Assembly: GCF_006345805.1 (NCBI RefSeq)
Contig: NC_042999.1
Span: 173,786,001-173,850,000 of the forward strand
Direction of reading: 5' to 3'
DNA from: Octopus sinensis
Taxonomy: Eukaryota
Length of the DNA stretch: 64,000 nucleotides
Part shown: positions 53,481 to 64,000 of the stretch, in pieces
How the letters are laid out: every line of letters begins with the position of its first letter
Numbering within the stretch: the first letter of the stretch is position 1
The notes under the pieces: model-generated
Told to the model about the DNA's origin: nothing
Seen by the model: the letters and a program-made list of their open reading frames with translations, nothing else
Databases searched by the model: none
Program-made: the position numbers and the translations under genes

Positions 53481-54418
53481 ATATATACCATACGCACACT
53501 CATATAATTTTTTAACCACTTTTTCATCGGTAAATTTCGTAGCCGAATATTTGTGGGTGATAATTAATCTTGTTTTAAAGCATTAGACATTGGACTTGGT
53601 GTTGTTGATTCGTATCTTGTCATCAGCATTACTGTGAGCCCATAAACATGTCGCTGAATTTTTGCCATGTTGTTGTATAGAAATGTACCGAAGCAGCATT
53701 CGCATTTACTATTTGCATTAAGTTCTCTTTACTCTATACTTTTACACAGGTTATTGGGCTAAGGACGTGAAAGCAATTGAATACAGAAAATATCAGATTT
53801 GAGCCTGCAAATTATTTCGACCAGCCTCGCCATTAAGTTCCACATATTTATTACAGCCTGTTAGCTCTGAGGATAGGTCAAAGTAGCTTCCTACTGAATA
53901 CTGACTACTAAGATGCAGACACAAAGGAATTCACTATCAGCTTAAATCTTACACATAAATACTAATTCCTTGACGATAAGAAATTGAATCAGAATTGCTA
54001 AAATATAAGCGAGGAGAACTGAATTAAAATATCTATTTAAAAGATAATTAATGCTCGTAGATGTCGCAGGTAACAGATAATTATCTTTTTCTCCTTCTCC
54101 TTAGCTCTTATCCTCTCTGCCTTCTCCTTCTCTCTACCTACCTGTTTATACATAGACACACTTGTGTGTGTGTGTATGTGTGTGCGTGCGTGTATTGGTC
54201 TGTACACAATGTATAAAACACACTGTATACGCTTAATAAAATTTCATAAAATATGGAAATAGATTTTTACCCGAATAACCACAGAGAAACACTCGTGCAC
54301 GTATACGGGTATCAAAACACAAACACACAAGCACAGGATTAAGTGTGTGTGTGCCGCCATGATAGATCGCTAGACATTACACATTCTTTACTTTCTCTCC
54401 TTGTTTCTTTCTGTGTTC

Positions 54419-54454
54419 CTTTCTGTGGAAGAGCGTAGGCTCGAAATGTTAAAA
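54419..54454 (+). ncRNA. Degenerate hammerhead-like fold
   Basis: UUU-CUGUGGA-A-GAGC-guag-GCUC-GAAA-UG-UU/AAA; A6U in the core and C15.2U. Confidence 0.4.
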
Positions 54455-54542
54455 ACTTTGTCACTTCCCGAGGGTTAAACTAATACATCTGTTTGTTGTC
54501 TACACCACCTGTCTTCAACTTTTGTTTTTTGTGAATTCTCGC

Positions 54543-54596
<54 letters not shown>

Positions 54597-54923
54597 AGAG
54601 AGAGAGAATTCACCAAAAAACAAAAATTGAGGCAGATGGTGTAAAGTCAACAATTTAATGTTCTAAAGTTGATGAACCAACTAATGTGCTTCTCCATTTT
54701 CTTATTTGCTATAAATAAATAGAAAACAGGACAAGTAGCATAAAGAACGACCCTTCATCAATTGTCAATCATATATATATACATTTCGAGCATATATATA
54801 TATATTATATATATATATATAATATATATATATATATACACACATACATACATACATACATACATACATACATACATACATACATACATACATACATACA
54901 TACATACACACATACACACACAC

Positions 54924-54960
<37 letters not shown>

Positions 54961-56514
54961 TGAAATGCGTTTTTACCGCTTGGATCGCTTTCAATGCCAC
55001 TACGTCCCGTCCGATTCGCTCCAAAATTTACAGGGACACGTAGAATGAGGTGACGATGCTCGTGGGCTACCTTAGAAATCCCTAGCTTGAAAGGTGTGGT
55101 TGCTAGGGGCCATCTTCCTCACTCACGCTATTTCCTTCTTTCCCTCTCTTACTCCCCTTCATTTATAACTTTGAGAATGCCACTCCTGTTATTTAATGTA
55201 TTACCCTCAACACCCTTTCACTTTCCCTTTATAAGTCCATCAGACGGCTTTCTTTGATGTATCTGTCTGCATTCATAGGGAGAATTATCATCGCTACAAA
55301 TCATGTATATGTCTTCCTCACTCACTCTTTTTCCTAAAGATAATTATCATCGCCACCACCACCACCACCACCAACACACAATACTCACTCTATTTCATAC
55401 AAACGACCTTCTTTTATGTATCTGTCTGTGTGAAAGAGAGAGATAACTGAAATTTTTTACTCGGTTTTTGTAGTGCGTGCGTGTATATGCATGTATGTGT
55501 ATATGTATGCATGTATGTGTGTGTGTGTATGTATCTATGTATGTGTGTGTGTATGTATGTGTATGTGTGTGTGTATGTGTGTGTATGTGTGAGTGTGTAT
55601 GTATGTACCTTTGCCTGTTTATGTAACGGTCTGCTATGTAGAAAATAATGAGGTTGACTCAATGGAAATACATACACACACACACACATACATACACACA
55701 CATGCACACATACATACACACACATACATACACACACACATACATAGATGCAGTCCTATGTTAAAAGTGCTGGCAAGTTTGCATGACAACTATTTTTTTT
55801 CCTCAAATGAAAGACGTGACCTCTAGGACAAAATTCTTCATCTTATAAAATGTGGCCCCAGTACACCCGAATGAAATCGCGTTATATTAACCAAAATGTG
55901 AAAAGGGGTCTAAATGGGGCTGGAAGGGGATTAAAATTTCAAGGAGCGGGTGTTTAGGAATTCTCTGTTACATCAAGCTAAAAAAATTGCGCCAGCCTTT
56001 TAATCGTCAATGTGTTGCCGTCCATGATGAATAAGTTCAAATGCTTGCCATGGTGAGTCTACTGTTGTGAAAAAGAATTACTTCAAAACTTGGTGTTTAG
56101 GGATTTTCTTTTACATCAAGTTCAAAATTTTACGCCAGCCGTTAAACTGTCAAAACGTTGCTGTCCGTCGTTAAGAAATGCCAGCCATGCTGACTCTACT
56201 ACCCTCAGATTCTATCCCTTCAAACTTTGGTTTCCAATACTTTATTATTTTTATTCAGCTCGCAAGTTCGTCTGTCCCTTTTAAATGTTAGTGTTTTGCT
56301 GTCTGCCTTGAAGCAGACCTTTCCGTTGCCACTGCCTGATATTTATGATTGATCTTTCTAAATATTTTATTTCTCAACTTACTCAAGATCTTTTGTTGTT
56401 TATAAATGGGAGAGAGATAGATAAAGATAGAGAGTAAGAGAAAGCGAGGGAGAAAGGAAGAGTAAGAGAGTGGGAAAGTGAGAGAGAAAGGAGAGAGAAA
56501 CAAAGAGGGAGAAT

Positions 56515-56812
56515 CATCATCATCATCATCATCGTTTAACGTCCGTTTTCCGTGCTAGCACGGGTTGGACATTTTGACCGGGGTCTGGGAAGCCAGGAGG
56601 CTGCACCAGGCTCCAGTCTGATCTGGCAGTGTTTCTACAGGTGGATGCCCTTCCTAACGCCAACCACTCTGTGAGCGTAGTGGTGCTTTTTTCGTGCCGC
56701 CGGCACAGGTGCCAGGGGGGCTGGCTACGGCCACGATCGGTTGGTGCTTTTTACGTGCCACCAGTCAAGGCGGCGCTGCAATTCGCCACGTTCGGATGGT
56801 GCTTTTTACGTG
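56515..56812 (-). mobile_element. GC-rich retroposon 3' end with (GAT)n tail
   Basis: (CAT)n at 56515-56533 on plus, ggatgcccttcctaacgccaacc, three copies of ggtgctttt(t/a)cgtgc; a family I recall as abundant in Octopus. Confidence 0.6.
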
Positions 56813-56881
56813 CTGAAAGGAAGCAACAGAAAGTAACAACCACACTCTTACCCGCGCGTAGAGCGGGTCACCTTCAGCTAG

Positions 56882-56912
<31 letters not shown>

Positions 56913-58269
56913 AAATACATATATTATATATACGTATATGTGTATATAAGTATATATATACACACATACGCATACATATAACTATATATATAACAGAATT
57001 TGTGACTGTGTGTGCGTGTGTGTGTGTGTGTCTGTGTCTGTGTCTGTGTGTGGTTCGTATACTCCTTATGGATTCGAATACGGAGTTACCTATTTTGATG
57101 CACGAGGTATGAAAGGATTCAGTAATCGTTTGGCTTGCAAATTATGTTTTTTGCACAGAAACTATTTTCTACTACAAAATAACCTAGAAAACGAGGTCAG
57201 ATGGTAAAGTTTTAAGGTCATTTTCAGGCAAATTTAGATTTGTTTCTAATCTTTGTTGCCAATTTTAAAGATTTTGGTTTCTAAAATGTAGCAATTTACA
57301 AGGAGGTTTATGAGTCCTTTTGTAATGCACAAAGCCCTATCTGTCAAATGAAAATGACCAAAAAAACATGCCATTTTTATAACAATTATTGGCACATTTT
57401 CCGTTAATAATAGCTTTTTTGCTAGAACTAAACTGCCAATGTGAACGTCTTCAGTATTCTATGATTAAACAATGTCTTTGAAGTATTGTGATACCATTTC
57501 TTTACACAAAGCCCTATTTTTCAACAGAAAATTGACTGATGAGCCGTGTTCTGGCGTAATTGTCATAGCTTCTTACATTACTACCAAAAGCAATTTCCCC
57601 ATGTATATTTTCTTGGTAGCAAACGACTCAAGAATGCCAAAGAAGCGTTTTCAGGTTTAAATTCAATAAACTTTCCCCACGGATTAAGCACAGTAAGGTC
57701 CTATATTCGTTCAAGTGTGGTAAAGACGAGAAGCAATGACTAAAACCTTTCGAGGTTTTATGTCTTTCACATGTTTTTATAGAAGCCAATTTATGCAAAG
57801 TTGCTTATCGTTATTACTATATATTCATGCCTACTATTCATTCCATAAGCCGCAAAGTTCGTAAAGATTTTTCTGCCATCTCCCTATTTTTCAAAGTGGT
57901 TGAGCGTTTACTAAAACGCAGTGGTGCGAAGGAAAACAAAAAATGACTTGATAACCTCAGTGAAAAGAAAAACACGGCGCATCTATGCAAGGGCAAATTA
58001 GGGTTACATACACACATGAGTCCGCCCACGTTTTGTGTCCCATCATTGGTCGGTATGCACAATGTCTTCACTCATTTGTACAATTTCAGATCAATTTTTC
58101 CCTCTCATAGACATGTTCTGCAAATATCAGTTGGTCGTGGTGTCATTGTTATCAACGACGACCCAGGAGTCCAGTGGGTTTATTGTGTACGTTCCGCTTG
58201 AACTTGAGTATTATATATTATATATATATATATAACCAAAAAATAAGCAACAAGAACGGATCCGGTAAT

Positions 58270-58354
58270 TTAGTACAATTGTTTGATACTATAACAATTT
58301 ATTAAAGCTGCAAATATTACAGCAAATATAATATGTCAAGTAATCTTCAGCTAA
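58270..58354 (-). ncRNA. Hammerhead in the 3' pLTR, G12C core mutation (predicted inactive)
   Basis: Same as 62313-62397 but GAAA reads CAAA (plus-strand g at 58285). Confidence 0.7.
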
Positions 58355-58365
58355 TATCATATAGG

Positions 58366-58633
58366 TTTTCCAATAATGTAAAGTTCTCAAATCAATTAGT
58401 AACATCTTAGAGAGTGTAAATATACCGATAAAGTTGTAGAAATGAGTTTCAGGAACTCGAAGCAAAATGCCAAGCAAATCAAGATTGAGTTCATATATGC
58501 TTTCCAACAATGTAAAGTTCTCAAATTAATTAGTGACATCCCAAAAAAGGTAAATATACCGTTAAAGTTGTGGATTAAAAATTTCAGGAAACATGAAGAA
58601 ATATGCCAGTCAGACCACGATTAAGTTCGCATC
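58366..58633. repeat. Two diverged ~135-bp tandem units inside the PLE 3' region
   Basis: tttccaa(t/c)aatgtaaagttctcaaat...gtaaatataccg(a/t)taaagttgt...tttcaggaa at about 58366 and 58501. Confidence 0.8.
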
Positions 58634-59357
58634 TAACTGTTGCAAGAAAAAATTTCTTTAGTGGTATGAATGGTAGTAGGGTAGGTCAAGGAAGCTGATT
58701 AGCTGGAGAAAAGAACAGAAGGAGAAAAAAATTTGGGGAGTGTAAATGGAACAAATACAGATTGACACTAAAAAGAAAGGTCAGTCTATTTCTATGGTGA
58801 CAGAAAATCTAGGTCAGTGTGGAAGGAACCTTACATTCTTAAGAGACTGTAAGGTTGACCACACCTTGCTTTCAAATGAAAGCCATCAGAATTTATAGTA
58901 GGAGTTAGGGCAAAAGGAAGATCTAAGGAAAACTATAAGAGGGTCTTAAGTTATCGGTAGAGAAAGATACAGTAAGAAAATCGAGGTTAACACTAGAATA
59001 GAAGGCTATTTATTTTTATTTTTGTTTTTATTTTAACTTTTATTTTTATATGGTAAGAAGGAATCTAGGTCATTATCTAAAGGTCAATTAAAAACAATAG
59101 CAAGTGGTAGGGGAACTGTACCTATTCAAATTTATAGTGAAAATCAAATATATAACTAAGGGAATAGTATTACATGTTAAATTTAGAATAGAATTTGGGA
59201 AAATTTGCAATTCTATGATTTAAGTAAGGTTAATTTAGTTGACTATAAAGTCAATTAAAAGTTAGCATAGTACATTTTCTATTTATTATTATATTAAAAA
59301 GATACAGTTAGAAAGAACAACAATAGGAGAACCTTCAAATTTCTATTTGAAATATTT

Positions 59358-62126
59358 TTAAGTTTTGATTTTTGAATGAATACAAGACTGACCTAAATCT
59401 AGACGACTATTTAGTAGATTTTAATTTTTTCTATACTTTAAAATCTCATAGGTCTACATAGAACAGAGTTGACAGCCTACTCTATTATTTCTGTAAGGTG
59501 ATGCCCTTCTAACTATTTCCCATTTTAGGTTATATTTAATATTATTATTTTTGAGTTCCCAATTTTTTCTAGATAGTGTAGTGCAACCTGCTTTATGATC
59601 TAATCGGAAAGATGATTGTTAATTCTCTGCTTAAAATTAATAGAACAACCGGTGTAAAAAAAGTTACTATTAGAAGTTGTTATAGTACATTTATAGATTA
59701 CATTTTGGACTGAACAACGACCAGATGCCGGACAATTTGATCTAATCCTACAATTGCAGCTAGGGGTGTAATTTTCAGATTTGGAATTATTTAAGGACAG
59801 ATCTCTCACATTGCTGTTATTCAAATTATTATAAATATTATTTTCATTATTATAGGTAATATTGTTATCTAAAGTGGGGTTACTATTTATTGATCCATTT
59901 ACACTATCATTCACATCCACCATAACAATACCTCTATTACCTACATTATTGATATTGCTATTATTATTATTTGTATTTATATCAAAGTAATTATTACTGC
60001 TATAGATATAATTGCTATCATTATTTTCGGTATTATTTTTATTTATATTATCCTTATTTTTATCATTATAATTATTTCTATTAGTATTACTGTTATTGAT
60101 ATTGCTCTCATTTTGATAATTATTATTATTTTTATTTTTATTTTTGATACTATTATTACAGTTATTATTGCTGTTCATGTTGATACTAATGTTACTACTC
60201 CTGGTTAATTTAATGTTTTTACTATTAATTCTAGCTATAATAGTGGACATATTTGGGAGGGCTGAATAAGAAATCCTAAATGTTCTCTTAGAAATTATTC
60301 TATGATATTTAGGAGAGGTTGGAAAATTTTTTTCTAGTATAGATTTGAATCTACTGTATACATTCGATAAAATCGTCCAGTTAAAAGGAATATTTAGCCA
60401 AATGATATTTACCTTTTTATATTTTCTTAAATTAGAGTTAGGGTGAGATGTATTATTACTGTTCTCACGAGAGTTATGATTCGTATTACTTTTATTTGTA
60501 TGTTTTATAGATTTATCTAGATTAGTTTTTTCAAAGTTACTTATGTACTGGTCAATATTTTTATTCATATAATTTGGTTTGTACACTAGATTTTTCGTCA
60601 CCGTAAATCTATTTTTATGTCGGGCACGATAGTTATTCTTGTTTACGTAGTTAATATTCTCTTCTTTGTTTGGAAGATACAAACTATCCTTATCGAGAAA
60701 GGTAATTTCATGGTTGTATCCTGCTTTAGATAATGCGGTATTATAATGTTTAGAGTGAGAGTTGAATATATCACTATTAGATGACAGTTTGGAAATTCTT
60801 AGGGAAATATTTCTAACTAATGATTTTATTATATTAGGGGGATGATTAGATAATTTATTTACATATCTAGTGATTTCACCTTCCTTTCTAAATGGGTAAT
60901 GTAGCTTAGAGTTAAGGTCTAAGGTAATTTCTAGAAAATTGACTATCTTAGTGCCAGGTTCATAAGTTATGCTAAGGTTAAAATCTTTAAATAACTTATT
61001 ACTTTTCTTTTTAATCCTTTCAATGCTTGATTTACTATTGCTAGGAACAACAAACAGAGCATCATCCATATATAGACCACCCTGTAATTCAGGGATTTCT
61101 CTTTTTATGCACCTTAATAAATATGCACCTACTAAATTAGTTATCTCAGCTGAATCGCTGGAACCCATGAGTATATCAAAATTATTAGGGGTATCTGCTC
61201 TAGTCCATAATTTACCTTCAAATTCTATGATAGCTTTTCTAGCTAGTAGAACTATGTCAATTTCTTTTCTAGATATAAGGGAGCAATTCATGGCAAAAAT
61301 AAGCGATTTATTTAGCAAAATGGGGGATATACTAGAATAATAATTATTTATATCAAATTGAATAAAAGAGAAACTGCTAGTGTTAACTAGAGAATTAAAC
61401 CAATCTATTACTTCATGAGTATTAAACCATAGACTTAAGGGAAGGATAGGGGTTATTTGGGGTAGAACATTGTTCAAGATAGATTTACTGAGTCGGCCAA
61501 TGTCCGACTTAGTTGGACATATGAGTCTTACCGAGGGGTTTTCTAGAAACTTTCTTTTGTGGTCCTTAAGGTTAATCCTGGGTTCACAAGGTATAAGAGG
61601 CTCTGTTCTGTCGGTCAAATTGTAATTTTCCATAACTTCTTTAATTTCTAGATTAATTTTCTTCAAGTTATTCTTGGTTGTTATTTTATACTTTGAGTTA
61701 AGCTCCTTCTTAATGAGTCTGCTGTAAAGCGTGTAATCCAATCTATAAAGATTTCCTGTTTTATCTGCTGGTACTAAGATACCTTGTTTATTCCGAATCG
61801 AATAAATAAAATCCTTGAGATGTTTAAGGTGAGGATTATATCTCAGTGGATGCTCCTTAAATTTTATATCCTCGATAAGATTCAGCAGATCTTTTTCAAA
61901 GTTTTCAAAGAATGGATTCGGAGGCGGGCTTTTTCTGCTTCTAAAAATTCTTTTGCAGTTCTTATCCATATTGAGGGTCCTTATTCTGTTTAATATCATA
62001 GTGGTAGGTCTTCCATCTAATTCTTCTAATGAAATCGTTGAATCTATGGATCAATAGCCAAGTGTATTCATCCTTACTATGTAAGGGGATATCCTTAGGG
62101 GAAAACTCTATATTTACTTTTTCCAT
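59358..62126 (-). pseudogene. PLE reverse transcriptase/GIY-YIG endonuclease ORF, disrupted
   Basis: MEKVNIEFSPKDIP...RWK (62126), frameshift near 61965 into the 799-aa ORF (ADKTGN, LKDHK, FIQFDINNYYSSI, MGSSDSAE, YMDD at 61061-61072, CNCR..CP..C, VIYK..YTG..FKQRINNH). 1-bp frameshift near 59600 into TTLSRKNWELK...KWEIV...CQLC...CIH with TAG and TAA stops; ends at TAA 59358-59360. Confidence 0.9.
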
Positions 62127-62312
62127 TCTTGTTGAGAAGTTAAGTACCAAAAACATACACAATGTATGGGATTATAAGTTCAGCAAAACAATTTAGATTC
62201 AAATGAATATGGTACTTAATTTAGATGCACCAGAATTTTTTATGGTATTACCCATAAAATCATGTGGGGTGATTATAACCCAAAAATAAGCAACAAGAAT
62301 GAATGCGGTAAT

Positions 62313-62397
62313 TTAGTACAATTGTTTCATACTATAACAATTTATTAAAGCTGCAAATATTACAGCAAATATAATATGTCAAGTAATCTTCAGCTAA
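62313..62397 (-). ncRNA. Type-I hammerhead in the 5' pLTR, canonical core, 48-nt rod-like stem II extension
   Basis: Minus strand: UUAG-CUGAAGA-UUACU-[48 nt]-AGUAU-GAAA-CAAUUG-UA/CUAA; palindrome ACAAUUGU; insert pairs UGACA/UGUUA, UAUUA/UAAUA, GCUGUA/UGCAGC. Confidence 0.8.
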
Positions 62398-62409
62398 TAT
62401 CATATACAC

Positions 62410-62486
<77 letters not shown>

Positions 62487-62730
62487 CTATCTTTTTACAT
62501 ATCTTTAACCCAGAAACGCGTATATATTTAATTAAACCCGGTAGATTCGTTATTTTTTCTCCTTTCCTGCGTGAGTTGAGAGTATTGCTGTCTGGGAGAT
62601 ATCTTATGGTAGTGGAATAGTATTTAACTGCTATTTCTAAATTTCGGTATGTGGTGAAGCAATTTTTGCTGAATCCTAATTATAATTATGCTTATAATTA
62701 TAGACTTCTTGTATAAGGTTACCGATAATG
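62487..62730 (+). repeat. Dispersed repeat (same family as the 21255-21530 inverted repeat) with a hammerhead-like 3' half
   Basis: gagtattgctgtctgggagatatcttatggtag...gttaccgataat matches the right arm at 21391-21530; gaaacgcgta at 62513-62522 has no upstream CUGANGA. Confidence 0.8.
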
Positions 62731-63937
62731 TGTGTGTGTGTCTGTGAAACAAATTACATTAATTTTATTCATTTCTGCATATCCAAGCATGAATCTTTGA
62801 AATTTCATTAACATGGTTGACAAGGGGTTCAATGCAGACACAAATAACATTACAGATACAGTCAACGCTTGTTGATGGTCTAAAGTGTTACTTTAGTAGT
62901 TGTCAATGATAACTGAGTGAACCATATTGTGGTCAGTCTTCCAACGACATTAACTATAGAATGTAGCGTATGTGTGTCTGAATTTATGCATGTATTTATT
63001 ATATGCTTGTATAAGTTCAGTTTTCAAACAGGGGAAATGGAATTCAATACTTAATAAGAATATATACATTCATTCATGCTAACAAAAAAAAACATGGATA
63101 TCACTTCTAGACCTCATTACCTAAGTTCATTTCAGCAGGTGACACTCTCGCTAGACACGCTCTATCCCACTCAATACACCGTTTCTCGATTTCTTATATA
63201 TTGCGGTTTCTATAAAATCTCGTGATTTCACTAAAAACCTATCTCATTTTTACAAAAGATAATCTTACTTTTGTCTTAATATAAATGTTTCACCAAGTTT
63301 TGATGTGAAACTTATCTTCGTATTCTTTTAAAGTTGGCATTTTTTATTATCCCCCTTCCCGCTCTGACACAATATATCTTTTCCTTTATAACAGGTCATC
63401 ACATTTCTCTTCCAAATCATTATGAATGTATGAATGTAAAAATGAAACGCTGTTTATTATTCGTTGCCGTCTTGATGCAGGAGTTTTCTTCCTTTCTTAA
63501 CCTGCTTTCTCTGCAGCCCTTTTTTTCTTTTTCTTTTTTTTCTGCTTCTTTGGTTATTTGTGATCCGCCATTTTGGTTCAGACTCCATCTTCTTTACCTT
63601 AGAAATATGGTGTTGCAATTTGAGAGTAGGATTTCTACTAGAGATATTTTGGAGGGATATGTTCGTCTAAGATTATTTCCATTTTCAACTTGGTTAAAAG
63701 TGAGGTTAGTTACATAAAGGTTTCTGCTTCGAATGTTTTCACCGTAGCTCAAGATATTAGCGTGTTCTTAAGTCACAGATCGCTTGGGTAACAACAACAG
63801 TTTCCACGGTTATATTACATTTGTTTCTTGATATTGCTGTTTAAGGGAAAAAGAAGGGGCATTACACATTCTTCTTTCCAACACTTGAAACAACTGAACT
63901 TTCTGTACTCTGCTAATCTTAAAATACTTACTTTTAG

Positions 63938-64000
63938 GTTCTTCAAGAAAAGTTTATCAGGGATGGCCTTTGTATTTCTCGGGCATCAGCTTCTGTTAGC
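63938..64000 (+). other. Candidate exon start running off the window
   Basis: gctaat (branch-like) ... cttacttttag| at 63937; two frames open to the end (VLQEKFIRDGLCISRASASVS or FFKKSLSGMAFVFLGHQLLL). Confidence 0.25.

Larger units (their letters stand above)
58231..62406 (-). mobile_element. Near-complete Penelope-like retroelement (RT + C-terminal GIY-YIG) with 133-bp pseudo-LTR direct repeats, inserted in (TA)n
   Basis: Direct repeats 58231-58363 and 62274-62406 (5 differences), (TA)n on both outer sides, ORF described below. Confidence 0.92.

Noticed and set aside
55949-56190. Possible CRISPR-like repeat-spacer pattern
   Set aside because: Only two long diverged units, no short invariant repeats, no cas genes, eukaryotic context.
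57536-57564. CUGAUGA-GCC...GGC-GUAA hammerhead-like string
   Set aside because: GAAA is GUAA, there is no stem I and no palindromic stem III; likely chance within a tandem unit.
59358-59600. Selenocysteine recoding of the PLE endonuclease, as reported for some Naiad PLEs
   Set aside because: The interrupting stops are TAG and TAA plus a frameshift, not TGA, and the EN is C-terminal.
63334-63717. 127-aa hydrophobic ORF with a MKRCLLFVAV signal-like stretch
   Set aside because: It begins at a non-ATG codon, runs through polypyrimidine tracts and has no recognised domain; only the splice signals are noted.

Overview
Eukaryotic, very AT-rich, repeat-dominated genomic DNA with no recognisable intact host gene. 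The SINE families and microsatellite load resemble an Octopus (coleoid cephalopod) genome; that assignment is from my recall of these repeats and is not verified. Almost all ORFs in the supplied track are microsatellite translation artefacts. Real content: (i) many tRNA-headed SINEs of about four families; (ii) decayed non-LTR elements (L1/Tx1-like, RTE-like, R4/Dong-like); (iii) decayed DNA transposons (an internally deleted mariner, a DD37D/maT-like fragment, a pogo-like fragment); (iv) four Penelope-like element (PLE) remnants, including a near-complete 4.2-kb copy (58231-62406, minus; RT plus C-terminal GIY-YIG, 133-bp pseudo-LTR direct repeats, two frameshifts). The main result of manual reading is a dense set of type-I hammerhead ribozyme (HHR) motifs: three with fully canonical cores (19892-19992 minus, 21004-21046 plus, 62313-62397 minus) and about eight degenerate or variant ones. 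Five of them, from four unrelated sequence families, share an unusual architecture: a 39-54-nt insert in stem II, clearly structured in the best copies, combined with a palindromic stem III. Other notable items are a PLE bracketed by two near-identical SINE copies, three perfect fold-back hairpins at element junctions, and a few weak plus-strand exon candidates.
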